Shown piece after piece: positions 40,716 through 51,080 of a stretch of DNA of 64,000 nt. The first letter of the stretch is position 1. Each line of letters begins with the position of its first letter. The position numbers and the translations under genes were made by a program. Origin of the DNA: an uncultured Holophaga sp. (GTDB taxonomy: Bacteria > Acidobacteriota > Holophagae > Holophagales > Holophagaceae); the NCBI GenBank assembly GCA_963664825.1, contig OY761614.1:2656001-2720000 (forward strand), in the 5' to 3' direction. A model generated the notes under the pieces. It was not told the DNA's origin. It saw nothing but the letters and a program-made list of their open reading frames with translations, and did not search any database.

Positions 40716-41393
40716 TTACGCGACGGGCCTTCTGGGTTGCAGGCGCCGGTCACGACTGCCCTTTGGGAACTCGATCCAAAGGGACATGTGTTGCAGTCTG
40801 CTGAACACGGGCGCTCCATAGCGCAGGATCAGTGCTTCTGCATTGCAATTGGTGGTGCAGCTCGTGGGGCGGAAGTGATCGTAGCGGTGGCGGATCACCC
40901 GTTCGATGAAGCTCAGCCCCTTGTCGTATTCACGGCCTCCACGCTCTTTCGTCTCTGCACCAAGATCATCCAGAAAGAGATACTCGACATGTAGATACCG
41001 CTGGAGCAAATGCTCTTGTTCTGCAGCTCGGAGAGCCATACTCTTCCACTCGGCCACCAAGCTAGGGACGCTGCACCAGAGAAGTGGGACCTGCGTGATA
41101 TCGATCTGTTCTGGATTGAGTCCAGCATACTTCTTCTCCAGAAGAAGGTGCGCAAATGCAGCCATGGCATAGGTCTTGCCTACACCGGTGGTTCCCACCA
41201 GGAGCACTGCATTGGGCCGGGCTTTTTGAAACATGCCAATGGGAATTTCTTCGATGCGCTCGCAAATCGAAGCATCGAGCTTTGAGATGCACGCGTGGAT
41301 TTCGCTTGGGGGAATACCACTGCGTTCGAGGAGTGTGCGCAGCTGACTTCCATTCGACGGCTTGAAGTAGTCAAATGTAGGTTCAGTGGTCAT
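40716..41393 (-). CDS. DnaC/IstB-like AAA+ ATPase (helicase loader)
   Basis: GTTGVGKT, LFLDDLG, TTN, SRL. Confidence 0.85.
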   Translation of the reverse strand: MTTEPTFDYFKPSNGSQLRTLLERSGIPPSEIHACISKLDASICERIEEIPIGMFQKARPNAVLLVGTTGVGKTYAMAAFAHLLLEKKYAGLNPEQIDITQVPLLWCSVPSLVAEWKSMALRAAEQEHLLQRYLHVEYLFLDDLGAETKERGGREYDKGLSFIERVIRHRYDHFRPTSCTTNCNAEALILRYGAPVFSRLQHMSLWIEFPKGSRDRRLQPRRPVA

Positions 41394-42292
41394 CCGAGCC
41401 TCCCTTGCGGGGCGGAGGCATCCTCTTGAAGCTGATCCAGCAGGGCTCGGTCGACCTCGGAGAGATCAATGGAATCTGTGACTGAGGAGCTTTTCTGGGG
41501 AGGCGTTTGAGCCAGCAGGCTGGCTAGGCTTTTTCGTTGAAGCAACCAGGGCAGGGAGGCTTTCCAGCCGTTTGCCCCCGCCCCCTGGTAGAAGGGGAGA
41601 CCCGCGATACGATTGATGGCATCCGCTACCTTCTGGAACCCTCCTAGGCGCTCGATTATGCGATCCAGGTCACCATGGGGGAGATCTAACACCGACGTTT
41701 CCACCAGGGCACCACCGGTTTTAATCGCCATCCGGTTCCACGCTTCCACGAGTGGAAGTGCGCATTCAGCCCAGGTGCTCTTTCCGAACGTGCCTGTTGG
41801 ATTCTGCTTTGGGGTAGTGGCGGATCCCTCTTTGTTTTCCTCTTCCTCTCTTTCTGGATGCAATTGCTGCGTGTTTGCACCTGCAGCTGAATTCAAGTCG
41901 ACAAGGCCACGGCCCCATCGCTTCCGAGCCACTTGCTTGCGTGCTTCCGAGATTCGAAGGATTTCCAGTCGCTCACTGTGGATCCTGGGGTGGATTGCTC
42001 TGCCGCTCTCTGTGATGAAAAGATCCGAAACCAATGGCCAGGAGCGCTGGACAACCTTTTCACTGACGTTGAGGAGGCGTGCGAGGGCAGCTGGTTCTTC
42101 TGGGACATATCCCACCACAAGGCACATCAGTAGAGCAAGTGTGTATACCCCAACCACCTCTGCCCGCTGGTCCGTGCCAAGAAGCATGAAGGTCGGGTTC
42201 ATGTGGATTTCGTACACAAAGATCCGGATATAACTGAGAGACTGCTGGGTCTGAGCCTTTTCGGCGGATGCCCTGGCTTCCTGAGCGCTCAT
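41390..42292 (-). CDS. Phage-type replication initiator/replisome organiser (DUF1376-like N-terminus)
   Basis: HPRI..ER...ARKRW and FYQG..NGWKASLPWLL; coupled to xis upstream and the ATPase downstream. Confidence 0.65.
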   Translation of the reverse strand: MSAQEARASAEKAQTQQSLSYIRIFVYEIHMNPTFMLLGTDQRAEVVGVYTLALLMCLVVGYVPEEPAALARLLNVSEKVVQRSWPLVSDLFITESGRAIHPRIHSERLEILRISEARKQVARKRWGRGLVDLNSAAGANTQQLHPEREEEENKEGSATTPKQNPTGTFGKSTWAECALPLVEAWNRMAIKTGGALVETSVLDLPHGDLDRIIERLGGFQKVADAINRIAGLPFYQGAGANGWKASLPWLLQRKSLASLLAQTPPQKSSSVTDSIDLSEVDRALLDQLQEDASAPQGRLG

Positions 42293-42492
42293 TTCGAGCC
42301 TCCTGGAGTCTGAACCAGCAGGGAGTCGAGCCACTGGTGAAGGTCCGCGACCCGAATGAGCCGAACTCGACCACGGCGGATGTAGGGGAGTTGCTCTTCA
42401 CGCATGGCGCGATAGAGTGTGGAACGGTCCACACTGCTGTGTCTTACGGCCTGAGCGATTCGCAGGGTATAGGGAGTAGGTTCTTGGTACAT
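42289..42492 (-). CDS. Excisionase-family HTH protein
   Basis: LRIAQAV...VDRSTLYRAM..LPYIRRGRVRLIRVADLHQWL. Confidence 0.85.
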   Translation of the reverse strand: MYQEPTPYTLRIAQAVRHSSVDRSTLYRAMREEQLPYIRRGRVRLIRVADLHQWLDSLLVQTPGGSK

Positions 42493-42614
42493 GTGATCTC
42501 CAAATAAGTGGGTCGCTGCACGTGTTGTTCCGGCCGGGGATGTGCATCGATGGAGATCATCGGGTCTGTCTAAATCCGCTGCAAGTTTGTGTAATACAAC
42601 GAGTTAGAAATGCC

Positions 42615-42643
42615 TTGACAAAAGTAAGTTTTCGTGGTACGCT
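42615..42643 (+). promoter_or_regulatory. Sigma-70 promoter divergent from xis
   Basis: TTGACA-N17-TACGCT with an extended TG motif. Confidence 0.6.
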
Positions 42644-42856
42644 CGTGGCCTCACTGCTAGCAGACCGGCCACAATGAGCGAGTGGGTTGAACTTAGGTTG
42701 CTGCGACTAGCAAAATTTCGTGAGGCCGACTTTTAGTCAGCTCTATAACACTGCGAATTGGGCCAAAAATTAACAAAAATTCACAAATATTATTTATTAT
42801 TTGTTTTATGTTGGCAACATGCCAAGGTTTGATTGGCAATTGTCAGATCTCATCTC

Positions 42857-44481
42857 GTATCGATTCCCCCCCTGCAGGTTCAACTCGTGATTGAGGGGGG
42901 GGATCACTGCAAGTGAATAATTTGCTTGTACTTCGGTCTCAAACTAGTCAGATTCTAAAGGATGGAGCTTGATCCCGTTCTGACTGATTCGCGTTATCTG
43001 GCGCTGGCTGCCGAGAACGGGGAACTGTGTGCGGAAATGGTCCGCCTGCGGGAGACGATGGAACGTCTGGAGAAGCTGCTGGAGTCGCTCCAGGAGCGGC
43101 TCGGGAAAGACAGTCGCAACAGCAGCAAGCCCCCCACCTCGGACGGGCCCGCGGCGCCGCCCAAACCACCGACGCCGCCCACAGGGCGCAAGCGCGGCGG
43201 CCAACCGGGACGAAAGGGGTCCGCTCGGGTGATGTTGCCGGAGGGCAGCGAGGATCGGACGGTGGCGGTGCCCCTCGCCTGCTGCCCCCACTGCCGCGGC
43301 GAGGTTCCTTCAGGGGCCATCACCGGGACGCGCCTGCACCGGGTGGTGGATCTGGCTCAGCGACTCACAGATGTCATCGCTTACGCGCTGGAGGAGGGCA
43401 TCTGCCCGCATTGCCAGCGAAAGGTCCGGGCTGCACTGCCACCGGAGGCCGCGCCCGGCGGGATCGGCCCGCGCCTCCAGGCTGCGGCGGCCTATCTGCG
43501 CACGGAGGGCCGCATGAGCCTGACGCCGCTCCAACGTTTCCTCTCGGAGGTGACGGGCGTAGCGGTCTCACGCGGTTGGCTGCATGAGAGCGGCGTGGCC
43601 CTCGGGAACCATCTGCTGCCCGCCTGGGAGGACCTCTCCCAGCAGATCCGTACGGCGGACGTGCTCAACCTCGACGAGACTGGCTTTGGGCGGAAGGATC
43701 GGGACTGGATTTGGGTGGCCCTTTCCGCCCGCACGGCCCTCTTCCACTTCAGCGACACCCGTGGGGCGAGGGCCCTGACCGCGATGCTTCCCGAGGATTT
43801 CAGTGGCGTCATCGGAACGGACCGGTATGGCGCCTACAACGCCTTGAAATCTGCCGTTCGCCAGTTCTGCTGGGCCCATTTGCGCAGGGAGTTCATCGCC
43901 CTCAGCGAATCCGCGAAGCCCGAGGTGGCCGCGCTGGGGAAGCGCCTCCTGACCGAGCAGGAGGAGGTCTTTGCGCTGTGGCAGGCCTTCCGGGCCGGCG
44001 AGATCAGCCGCAAGGATCTGCGGGCCTGCACCGCCCTCAATCTGGCGCGGCTCAAACGCGGCCTGATCCAGGCCAGCACGATGGATCACAGGGCCGCTCG
44101 GAACCTCGGGAAGGACCTCCTGCGGAAATGGGACAAGCTCTGGGTGTTCCTGAAGGTCGAAGGTGTAGAACCCACCAACAACGCCGCCGAGCGCGCCCTG
44201 CGCCCCCTCGTGATCCTCAAGCGGATCTTCCAGCGGCTGCCCAGCGCGGACGGAAAGCGATTCTTCGAACGGCTCCTGAGCCTGGGCACCACCGCCCGCA
44301 TTCGCGGCGTCCCCTACTTCGACTGGCTGCTCAAGGCCCTCCACGCTGCCCAATCGAATCAGCCCCTACCGGCACTGGAACCGGTCTGAGGCTGCCAGGA
44401 CAAGCGGTACATCACCAGCCCATCACGGGTGGCTGCCACCGGCTTACTGCGGTCGCTGGGACAAAGGGGGTGAATCGATAC
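42857..44481 (+). mobile_element. IS66-family element, copy 3
   Basis: Same IRs; 8-bp duplication ctcatctc at 42849-42856 and 44482-44489. Confidence 0.93.
42962..44389 (+). CDS. IS66-family transposase
   Basis: 475 aa, near-identical to copies 1 and 2. Confidence 0.93.
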   Translation: MELDPVLTDSRYLALAAENGELCAEMVRLRETMERLEKLLESLQERLGKDSRNSSKPPTSDGPAAPPKPPTPPTGRKRGGQPGRKGSARVMLPEGSEDRTVAVPLACCPHCRGEVPSGAITGTRLHRVVDLAQRLTDVIAYALEEGICPHCQRKVRAALPPEAAPGGIGPRLQAAAAYLRTEGRMSLTPLQRFLSEVTGVAVSRGWLHESGVALGNHLLPAWEDLSQQIRTADVLNLDETGFGRKDRDWIWVALSARTALFHFSDTRGARALTAMLPEDFSGVIGTDRYGAYNALKSAVRQFCWAHLRREFIALSESAKPEVAALGKRLLTEQEEVFALWQAFRAGEISRKDLRACTALNLARLKRGLIQASTMDHRAARNLGKDLLRKWDKLWVFLKVEGVEPTNNAAERALRPLVILKRIFQRLPSADGKRFFERLLSLGTTARIRGVPYFDWLLKALHAAQSNQPLPALEPV

Positions 44482-45251
44482 CTCATCTCTTGGTGCGGTC
44501 CCTATCCCATCTTTCTGGAACACGCGGCCAAGGCCTTCCTTGAGGTAATGCAGTTCAGTTAAGCTTAGGTTAGAAAGGCGACGAAGGTAATCCTCATCGC
44601 CTTTCTCTGGGGTTTGGCGTTTTTTGACTGTCGGCAGTCGGATCCAACGTTGAAATGACAAGGTTTACAACAGGTTTGTTTCAGAAAATGCGGGTTGCCG
44701 TTCTAGATTCCAATCACGCTACCAATGGCAAGGTCGGTTGCCATTTCAAGCCAAAGGCCCGAGCGATCAGGGTCTTGATCTCAGTCGGTGAGGCTCGGTA
44801 CCGCGGCTTCGGCTTACCTTCATTCACCTTCTCCTGTTCCAGGTATTGCCTTCGAGGAGGAAGTCCCTGTAGGGCATTGGGAGGGCCGCAACCAGAAGCG
44901 GCGGATGAAAGCTAGGTCAAAGGGGCCTCGCCAAGAGGCCGTCAATAGATGGCCTACCTTCAAGTCTTTGCCCCGTATGTGGTAAGAGGTGTGGGGCAAC
45001 TTGGGATTCTGCCCGGGAGTGAGCAGGAACCCCATATTCAAAACCTCCAGGGTTCGGATTGCGCTATTCCAGCGCACGCTCATGAGGTTTCCCTGTGTCA
45101 CATATGCCTGGGTTCCGACCAGCACACCACCCATCCGGAAAACACCGCCAGCGGCCGTGGACTCCAGCCGCTTTGGATTTTGAAAGTGATACCCTGAACG
45201 GAACCACAACGCATTTCGCCACCTATCGTTTAAGAATTTCGGGGGGTTATC

Positions 45252-47696
45252 GTGCCAACAGACCTTAGTCGCCTTGCATTGGAGCTCTCGCCGGACCGGA
45301 CGGTACTATTTTTCGGGGCGGGAGCCAGCATGGCTTGTCACGCTCCTTCGGTGGAGGATCTTATTAAACATTTCAAAAGTGTTTTTGATGTTCCTGGGGA
45401 TGGATATTCTTTCCGTGAATTCACGGGCATTATTGAGAATAAATTCGGGAGAAAAAGGCTAATTGAAGCTTTGCGGACACCTTTTGAAAAGGTTCGACCT
45501 ACTGGGGGTCTCCTTAACTTGCCTTTATATAAATGGAAATCGATATTCACAACAAATTACGACAATCTTATAGAACAATGCTATTCAAGGCAAAGGGCAA
45601 AATTCGACGTCTATGAATCAAATTTTGATTTCAAGCTCCATGAGCAACAAGATTCTGTGAAAATATTTAAATTGCATGGTTCTTTGGATAAGGACATTTC
45701 AGATGGGCATTCAGCAAGAATAATTATAACCGATTCTGATTATGACCATACTCAAGCATTTCGAGAAGGCCTTTACGATCGATTCAAGGCTGATTTATTT
45801 GGTTCGGATTTAATCATTATCGGGCACTCTTTGGCTGATGAAGACATTAAGGCTATAGCGAATCGAGCGGCTGAGATATCAACAAAAACGGGAGGATTGG
45901 GAAAACTGACACTGTTTATGTATAATACTGATATAAATCGTGCTCAATTATGGGAAAAGCGCGGCTTTCAGGTGTGCTTTGGTGGTGTCGATGATTTTTT
46001 TGCTGCTGTAGCAAAAGGAATCCCATTTACATCGGAAGTAATTATTGATTCCAGTAAATTGCTTGATTGTTTCCCAAACCTTCGTCCTACATCAGTAGAT
46101 GTTTCTCATGCCGTAACTATTCCGTCTGATGCAAGCAAGATTTTTAACGGATGGCCCGCTATGTACGCTGATGTACAAGCTGGCCTGACTTTTAGGCGAA
46201 ATTTATCTCCAAGTATCGAGCTTTATCTTGAGCAAGAGGATTGTTCTTGTGCAGTGATTGTCGGGGCTGCAGGTTGCGGCAAGACGACTCTCGCAAGACA
46301 AATTATGCTCCACTTACAAGACAAGGGGTATCAATGCTTTGAGCATAAGGTCGATTTTGAGCTACTTGACCGAGAATGGATTGATTTGGCGAAGTCAATG
46401 ACAAGTCAAGGACAAAAGGCTGCTCTATTTATTGATGATGCACATATGCATTTGCATCAAATTAATTTTCTACTCAACACAATTATGTCTGATCGTGTTC
46501 AAAATTTAAAAATATTAATTTCTAGCACACGGAATCATTGGTATCCCAGAGTTAAGAGCGCAGCATTTTTCAAGATCTCGCGAGAATTTAGTCTCGGAAA
46601 ATTGATGGCGGAGGAAGTTGAAAGCGTTTTGAATTTGGTGGATTCGAATCCTGAAATTAGAGCGCTTGTTGAAGAGTCTTTCAGTGGATTTTCGCGCTAT
46701 GAGAAGCGTCGTCGTTTGATTGACCAATGTGAATCCGAAACATTTGTATGTTTGAAGAATATTTTTTCGACTGAAAAATTCGACGATATTATTCTGAGGG
46801 AATATGCTGGATTATCTCAAGAATATCAGGAAATTTATCGCCTTGTTGCTGCAATGGAGAGTTCCGGGGTCCGCGTTCATAGACAAATGGTGATTCGACT
46901 GCTCGGGATTCATCCTTCATTTGTTAGCGATGCATTGTTGCATTTAACGGATATAATTAACGAATACCCCGTAAGTGAACGAGAAGGCATATACGGATGG
47001 CGGGGGCGTCATTCGGTTATCATGTCAATTCTTACGAAATATAAATTCCCAGAAATTGAAATGCTAACTGATCTGTTCGAAAAAATCATTGATTCTATTT
47101 CTCCAACATACGACATCGAGGTTCGAACGATTAGGGAGCTGTGCAATGTTGAGTCAGGTTTGCCACGAATTCCGGATAAGGTAATTCAAAATAGGTTGCT
47201 TCGCAAAATGATGTCGATCGCACCTGGGGAGCGAATTCCAAGGCACAGATTGATCCGAAATTTGATAGAAATGGGAGATTTTGAGAAAGGAGAAGCAGAA
47301 ATTCGGATTTTCGAAAAAGACTTCGGTGCAGATGCCCCGGTTACTCGATATCGAATTCACGCGCTTGAGGGAAGGGCATTAAGGAGTCCAGGCCTGCTGG
47401 AAGAAGATCGAATCGCAATTTTGATTCAGGCGAAAAATGCGGCGATTTCTGCTGCAATGAAATATCCAGATAATAGGCTTATTATAGGGGCTCTTTGTGA
47501 AATCGGAATCCAAATCTGGCGTAAAACTGGGAATTTCGAAACCTATGACCTTGCGATTGCTGAATTAAAGGAAAGTGAAAACAGAATTGGTGACCCTGAA
47601 ATCAGTAAAGCAATACGGAAATTTGAACGCCAAATGGCAAGCTCTTCTGAAGATTTCATCTCTTCAACTGAACCTAACGAAGAATCGAATGAGTAG
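45252..47696 (+). CDS. SIR2-like NADase fused to a STAND-type P-loop NTPase and helical/TPR-like C-terminus (putative anti-phage)
   Basis: FGAGAS, TTNYD, KLHGS, IGHSLADEDI; GAAGCGKTT, LFIDDAH; AT-rich coding. Confidence 0.85.
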   Translation: MPTDLSRLALELSPDRTVLFFGAGASMACHAPSVEDLIKHFKSVFDVPGDGYSFREFTGIIENKFGRKRLIEALRTPFEKVRPTGGLLNLPLYKWKSIFTTNYDNLIEQCYSRQRAKFDVYESNFDFKLHEQQDSVKIFKLHGSLDKDISDGHSARIIITDSDYDHTQAFREGLYDRFKADLFGSDLIIIGHSLADEDIKAIANRAAEISTKTGGLGKLTLFMYNTDINRAQLWEKRGFQVCFGGVDDFFAAVAKGIPFTSEVIIDSSKLLDCFPNLRPTSVDVSHAVTIPSDASKIFNGWPAMYADVQAGLTFRRNLSPSIELYLEQEDCSCAVIVGAAGCGKTTLARQIMLHLQDKGYQCFEHKVDFELLDREWIDLAKSMTSQGQKAALFIDDAHMHLHQINFLLNTIMSDRVQNLKILISSTRNHWYPRVKSAAFFKISREFSLGKLMAEEVESVLNLVDSNPEIRALVEESFSGFSRYEKRRRLIDQCESETFVCLKNIFSTEKFDDIILREYAGLSQEYQEIYRLVAAMESSGVRVHRQMVIRLLGIHPSFVSDALLHLTDIINEYPVSEREGIYGWRGRHSVIMSILTKYKFPEIEMLTDLFEKIIDSISPTYDIEVRTIRELCNVESGLPRIPDKVIQNRLLRKMMSIAPGERIPRHRLIRNLIEMGDFEKGEAEIRIFEKDFGADAPVTRYRIHALEGRALRSPGLLEEDRIAILIQAKNAAISAAMKYPDNRLIIGALCEIGIQIWRKTGNFETYDLAIAELKESENRIGDPEISKAIRKFERQMASSSEDFISSTEPNEESNE

Positions 47697-47908
47697 TTTT
47701 GAAGCCAGCTGAGTCCTCAAGAGCCATTCCTGGCCTTCCTCCCCTTGGCCTTTCTGGGCTCCTCGGCTTCCTTTTCTCGGTCGATGTTAGTTGTCGAACC
47801 CGCTGCTGAAATCCGCAGATTGGCCTGATTCACTCTGGAATGAACCACCCACCTCAAAGGCTCACGGATTCAGTTTGCATTTCCCTTGGATGAGCGTTAG
47901 GAGCATTA

Positions 47909-48736
47909 ATGGAATTCGGGAAGGAGGACGAATTCGATCCTCTAGTAGAAATGGGAATGGTGAACTCGCAATTGAACCAGATAACTTTGAGCATCAATAT
48001 GCTCAAAGTAGCTGTGATCTCTGCTGCTCAGAAGCCATCCTTTGAGCCATGGCATTCCGAACTAATTATAGATTTCATCCACAGCCTTGAAAACTACTGC
48101 GAGCAATTGAGGGAAACAATCGGGAAGGAGCGTATCTCAGCGGTTGCATGGTTAACTCGATCACTGCTCGAGCTGCTTACCTGGATAAAATTCTGCCGAT
48201 CCTCTCGTGAAAATGCCTGGAAGTTCCATGAGGATGCCTTGCGTGATGTCAAGGGGCTAATCGAGGCCTATACGAAGATCTGCGGCGCCCTTGGAATCAA
48301 TAACAAAAACTCCGCTAGGGCCATGGAGGAGATTCAGGCCCTGGCCAAAGAGAAACTTGGGCTGGATGAAATCAAATCAAATTATTTAGAGGTGTCTAAA
48401 GCTGTGAAGGCTACCGACTCTATCTGGAGCGAGTCGTTTACCCATATAAATAAAACGCTATCTAAGTTCGCTCACCCAACCGCTGCTCTTATTCATGGGA
48501 TTATGCCCAAGGTCGAGACCCGGAGAGACCTGCAGGTTTGTTTCGCAATCCAAGGGGTTCATTTCGCCTCTCATTGCGTTGCGGAGCTGGAGGCCATCCT
48601 GGGCGTTGTGGAGGCGATTCCGCTAGCGGTCGGCTACCAGGCAAAGGGCGGCATGCCTGCCTGGGGCTCATGGCCAGTGGCTCGCGTGGAGACGACCAAT
48701 GGCGGCCCTCAAAGCAACTTCTTTTGGGCTCCGTAG
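47909..48736 (+). CDS. Hypothetical protein, DUF5677-like
   Basis: LTRSLLE...LSKFAHPT pattern; helical. Confidence 0.55.
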   Translation: MEFGKEDEFDPLVEMGMVNSQLNQITLSINMLKVAVISAAQKPSFEPWHSELIIDFIHSLENYCEQLRETIGKERISAVAWLTRSLLELLTWIKFCRSSRENAWKFHEDALRDVKGLIEAYTKICGALGINNKNSARAMEEIQALAKEKLGLDEIKSNYLEVSKAVKATDSIWSESFTHINKTLSKFAHPTAALIHGIMPKVETRRDLQVCFAIQGVHFASHCVAELEAILGVVEAIPLAVGYQAKGGMPAWGSWPVARVETTNGGPQSNFFWAP

Positions 48737-48803
48737 GCGGCTCCGAGGTCAAACGGCCACTTAGATCACCCTCGGTAATGGGGGCGGCTAGTGCGCGGCT
48801 CCG

Positions 48804-50054
48804 CTATTTTGTCTTACTGCAAAAGGCGGCCCAGGCCTCCATTAGGGGTCTTCGTTTTTCGGGCATTGTGGATCTCGCATAGGCCGCTTCTGCCTTGTCC
48901 TTCAGCTGGTGCGCGAGAGCGTGTTCGATGACTTCTCGGGGGAAATGAGTCTCTTCTCCGGCCCAGTCCCGGAACGTCGAGCGGAAGCCATGGACGGTGA
49001 TGTCTGTGTAATCCATGCGTTTCAGCAAAGCGCTCATGGCCATGTTGGAGAGATGGGTTTCAGACTTATCTCCTGGAAATACATGCAGCCCATCATCTTT
49101 GGTTGTTTCAAGATCTTTGATGAGGTTCCAAGCCTGCGTGGAGAGAGGTACCACGTGCTCCTTTCCGGCTTTCATGCGTTCCGATGGGATCATCCAGATC
49201 CGTTTCTTTAGGTCGAACTCCTCCCAGCGCGCAGCGATTGCTTCGCCTGTTCGTGCGGCCGTCAGGATGGTGAATTGAAGAGCCAGCGATGCCATTCCGT
49301 GATGCCTGCATAGCTTTGCAAAGAATGCTCCGATGTCGTGGTAGGGGAGAGCTGGATGGTGCTCTCCTTTCTGGACCTTGGAAGGCTTTGGCAGGAGTTG
49401 ATCAAGGTATCCTCGCCATCGAGCCGGATTTTCGCCTTCTCGGTAGCCGCTCACCGTTGCCCAGGCCAACACAGACTCTAGGCGTTGCCGAACCCGCGAA
49501 GCGGTTTCGTTTTTGGAGGTCCAGATGGGATCCAGCACCTTCCGGACCAACTGGAGGTCGATGGCGGCGACAGGCAGGGATCCAACCAGGGGCGAAGCGT
49601 AGGTTGCGAGTGTATTTACCCATTGATCCGCGTGCTTGGCGTTCTTCCATCCTGCTCGCTTGTCCGCGATGCAGGCTGCGGCAGCCTCGTCGAAGGTCAT
49701 TCCCTTGGCCGTGGCCACCTTCAAGGCTGCGCGTCTTGCATTGATTTCTGTTTTGGGATCCTTCCCCTCGAGAAGCATGGTTCGAAGCTCGCTGGCCTTG
49801 GTCCTGGCGGTGGACAGTGAGACGTCTGCGAAGGAACCCAAACCGACTTCTTTGAGTCTCCCGGTGGCTCTATCGCGATAGCGGAAGGTCCAGGACTTTG
49901 TCACCTCGTCGGCAGCCGCACGCGGTGTCTCGTTTGGTTTCCGAGGGGTGCGTCTGGCGATCTGAAGATAGAGACCCCCTCCATCAATGAGATAGCCGGG
50001 GGCGCAGTGCTTGGCCACCTTGGCAGCGCTCAATTTATTTCGACCAGACCCCAT
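48804..50054 (-). CDS. P4-type tyrosine integrase
   Basis: DGGGLYL arm domain, LTAARTGE, MK, HVVPLS, HGFRSTFRDW, LAH, AY. Confidence 0.95.
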   Translation of the reverse strand: MGSGRNKLSAAKVAKHCAPGYLIDGGGLYLQIARRTPRKPNETPRAAADEVTKSWTFRYRDRATGRLKEVGLGSFADVSLSTARTKASELRTMLLEGKDPKTEINARRAALKVATAKGMTFDEAAAACIADKRAGWKNAKHADQWVNTLATYASPLVGSLPVAAIDLQLVRKVLDPIWTSKNETASRVRQRLESVLAWATVSGYREGENPARWRGYLDQLLPKPSKVQKGEHHPALPYHDIGAFFAKLCRHHGMASLALQFTILTAARTGEAIAARWEEFDLKKRIWMIPSERMKAGKEHVVPLSTQAWNLIKDLETTKDDGLHVFPGDKSETHLSNMAMSALLKRMDYTDITVHGFRSTFRDWAGEETHFPREVIEHALAHQLKDKAEAAYARSTMPEKRRPLMEAWAAFCSKTK

Positions 50055-50270
50055 GGAGGCCTCCTCGACTCTCTCGAGAATAGGCTTTTTTACCCATACT
50101 TCTACCCATATTAATTTGTTGATCACCAAGATCCGTCATGAACCAATCAGAGACGGTGTGAGAAAAAATGCCTGTTTAAATGTTGTATTACAAGGATGTT
50201 TTGTGTTCATCCTGACACTAGCAGTTTCACCCGAAAATGTTCGTTAGGAAGACTGTCTCTCCGCCAGACT

Positions 50271-50293
50271 GAGCCGCCTTCGGGCGGCTCTTT
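50271..50293 (+). terminator. Terminator; probably the original tRNA-Ser terminator displaced by the island
   Basis: gagccgcc ttcg ggcggctc ttt, directly after the att repeat. Confidence 0.8.
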
Positions 50294-50300
50294 CGCATCT

Positions 50301-51080
50301 TCAGGGCATGCCGGGGAAATCTTTCGGGGCGCCGTGCAGCCGGAGGTGCAACAGGAATTCCTTGTTTCCTTCGCCGCCCAGAATGGGGCTGAGGGCGAGG
50401 GCCTGGGGGCGCAGTTCGGTGCCCGAAAAGAAATCCCAGATCTCCCGACACACGCGCTCATGCACGGCGGCATCGCGCACGATGCCACCCTTCTCCACAT
50501 CCCCGCGACCCGCCTCGAACTGGGGCTTCACCAGGAGGACGGCCTCGGCATCCTCCGTGAGGCTGGCCAGTATTGGGGGGATGACTAGGCGCAGGCTGAT
50601 GAAGCTGAGATCTCCCACCAGCAGGCTGCAGCGCTCGGGGATGCGTTCGGCCTCCCAGTTGCGGAGATTGATCTGTTCCATGGACACCACCCGGGCATCG
50701 CTGCGCAGCTTCCAGTGGAGCTGGTTGGTGCCCACATCCACGGCGTAGACCTTGGTGGCGCCCTGCTGGAGCAGGCAGTCCGTGAAGCCCCCCGTGCTGG
50801 AACCCGCATCGAAACAGATTCGTCCCGCTGGATCGAGGCCGAAGGCCTGGATGGCGCCTGCGAGCTTCAACCCGCCCCGGCTCACGAAGGGCAGGGCTTC
50901 CCCCCGCAGGCGGATGGGAGCGTCTTCTGGAATGGCGGTGCCCGCCTTCGTTACGGGGCGGTCCTCCACGAGCACATCCCCGGCCAGGATGCGGGCCTGG
51001 GCCTTGGCCCGGGTCTCGCAGAGACCGCGCTGGACGAGGAGCAGATCGAGGCGGAGCTTGGGCATGGTGCGGGCGCTCAT
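50301..51080 (-). CDS. tlyA: TlyA-family RNA methyltransferase
   Basis: RLDLLLV, FVSRGGLKL, DAGSSTGGFTD, DVGTNQL, DLSFISL, VKPQFE. Confidence 0.95.
   Translation of the reverse strand: MSARTMPKLRLDLLLVQRGLCETRAKAQARILAGDVLVEDRPVTKAGTAIPEDAPIRLRGEALPFVSRGGLKLAGAIQAFGLDPAGRICFDAGSSTGGFTDCLLQQGATKVYAVDVGTNQLHWKLRSDARVVSMEQINLRNWEAERIPERCSLLVGDLSFISLRLVIPPILASLTEDAEAVLLVKPQFEAGRGDVEKGGIVRDAAVHERVCREIWDFFSGTELRPQALALSPILGGEGNKEFLLHLRLHGAPKDFPGMP

Larger units (their letters stand above)
22329..50266. mobile_element. Integrative mobilisable genomic island (~28 kb) at tRNA-Ser(GCT)
   Basis: Direct repeat ctgtctctccgcca at 22329-22342 and 50253-50266; tyrosine integrase next to the right repeat; relaxase/MobC inside. 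Confidence 0.92.

Noticed and set aside
44490..45210. Short ORFs between IS66 copy 3 and the SIR2 gene
   Set aside because: No recognisable motifs or ribosome sites, even after removing the IS.
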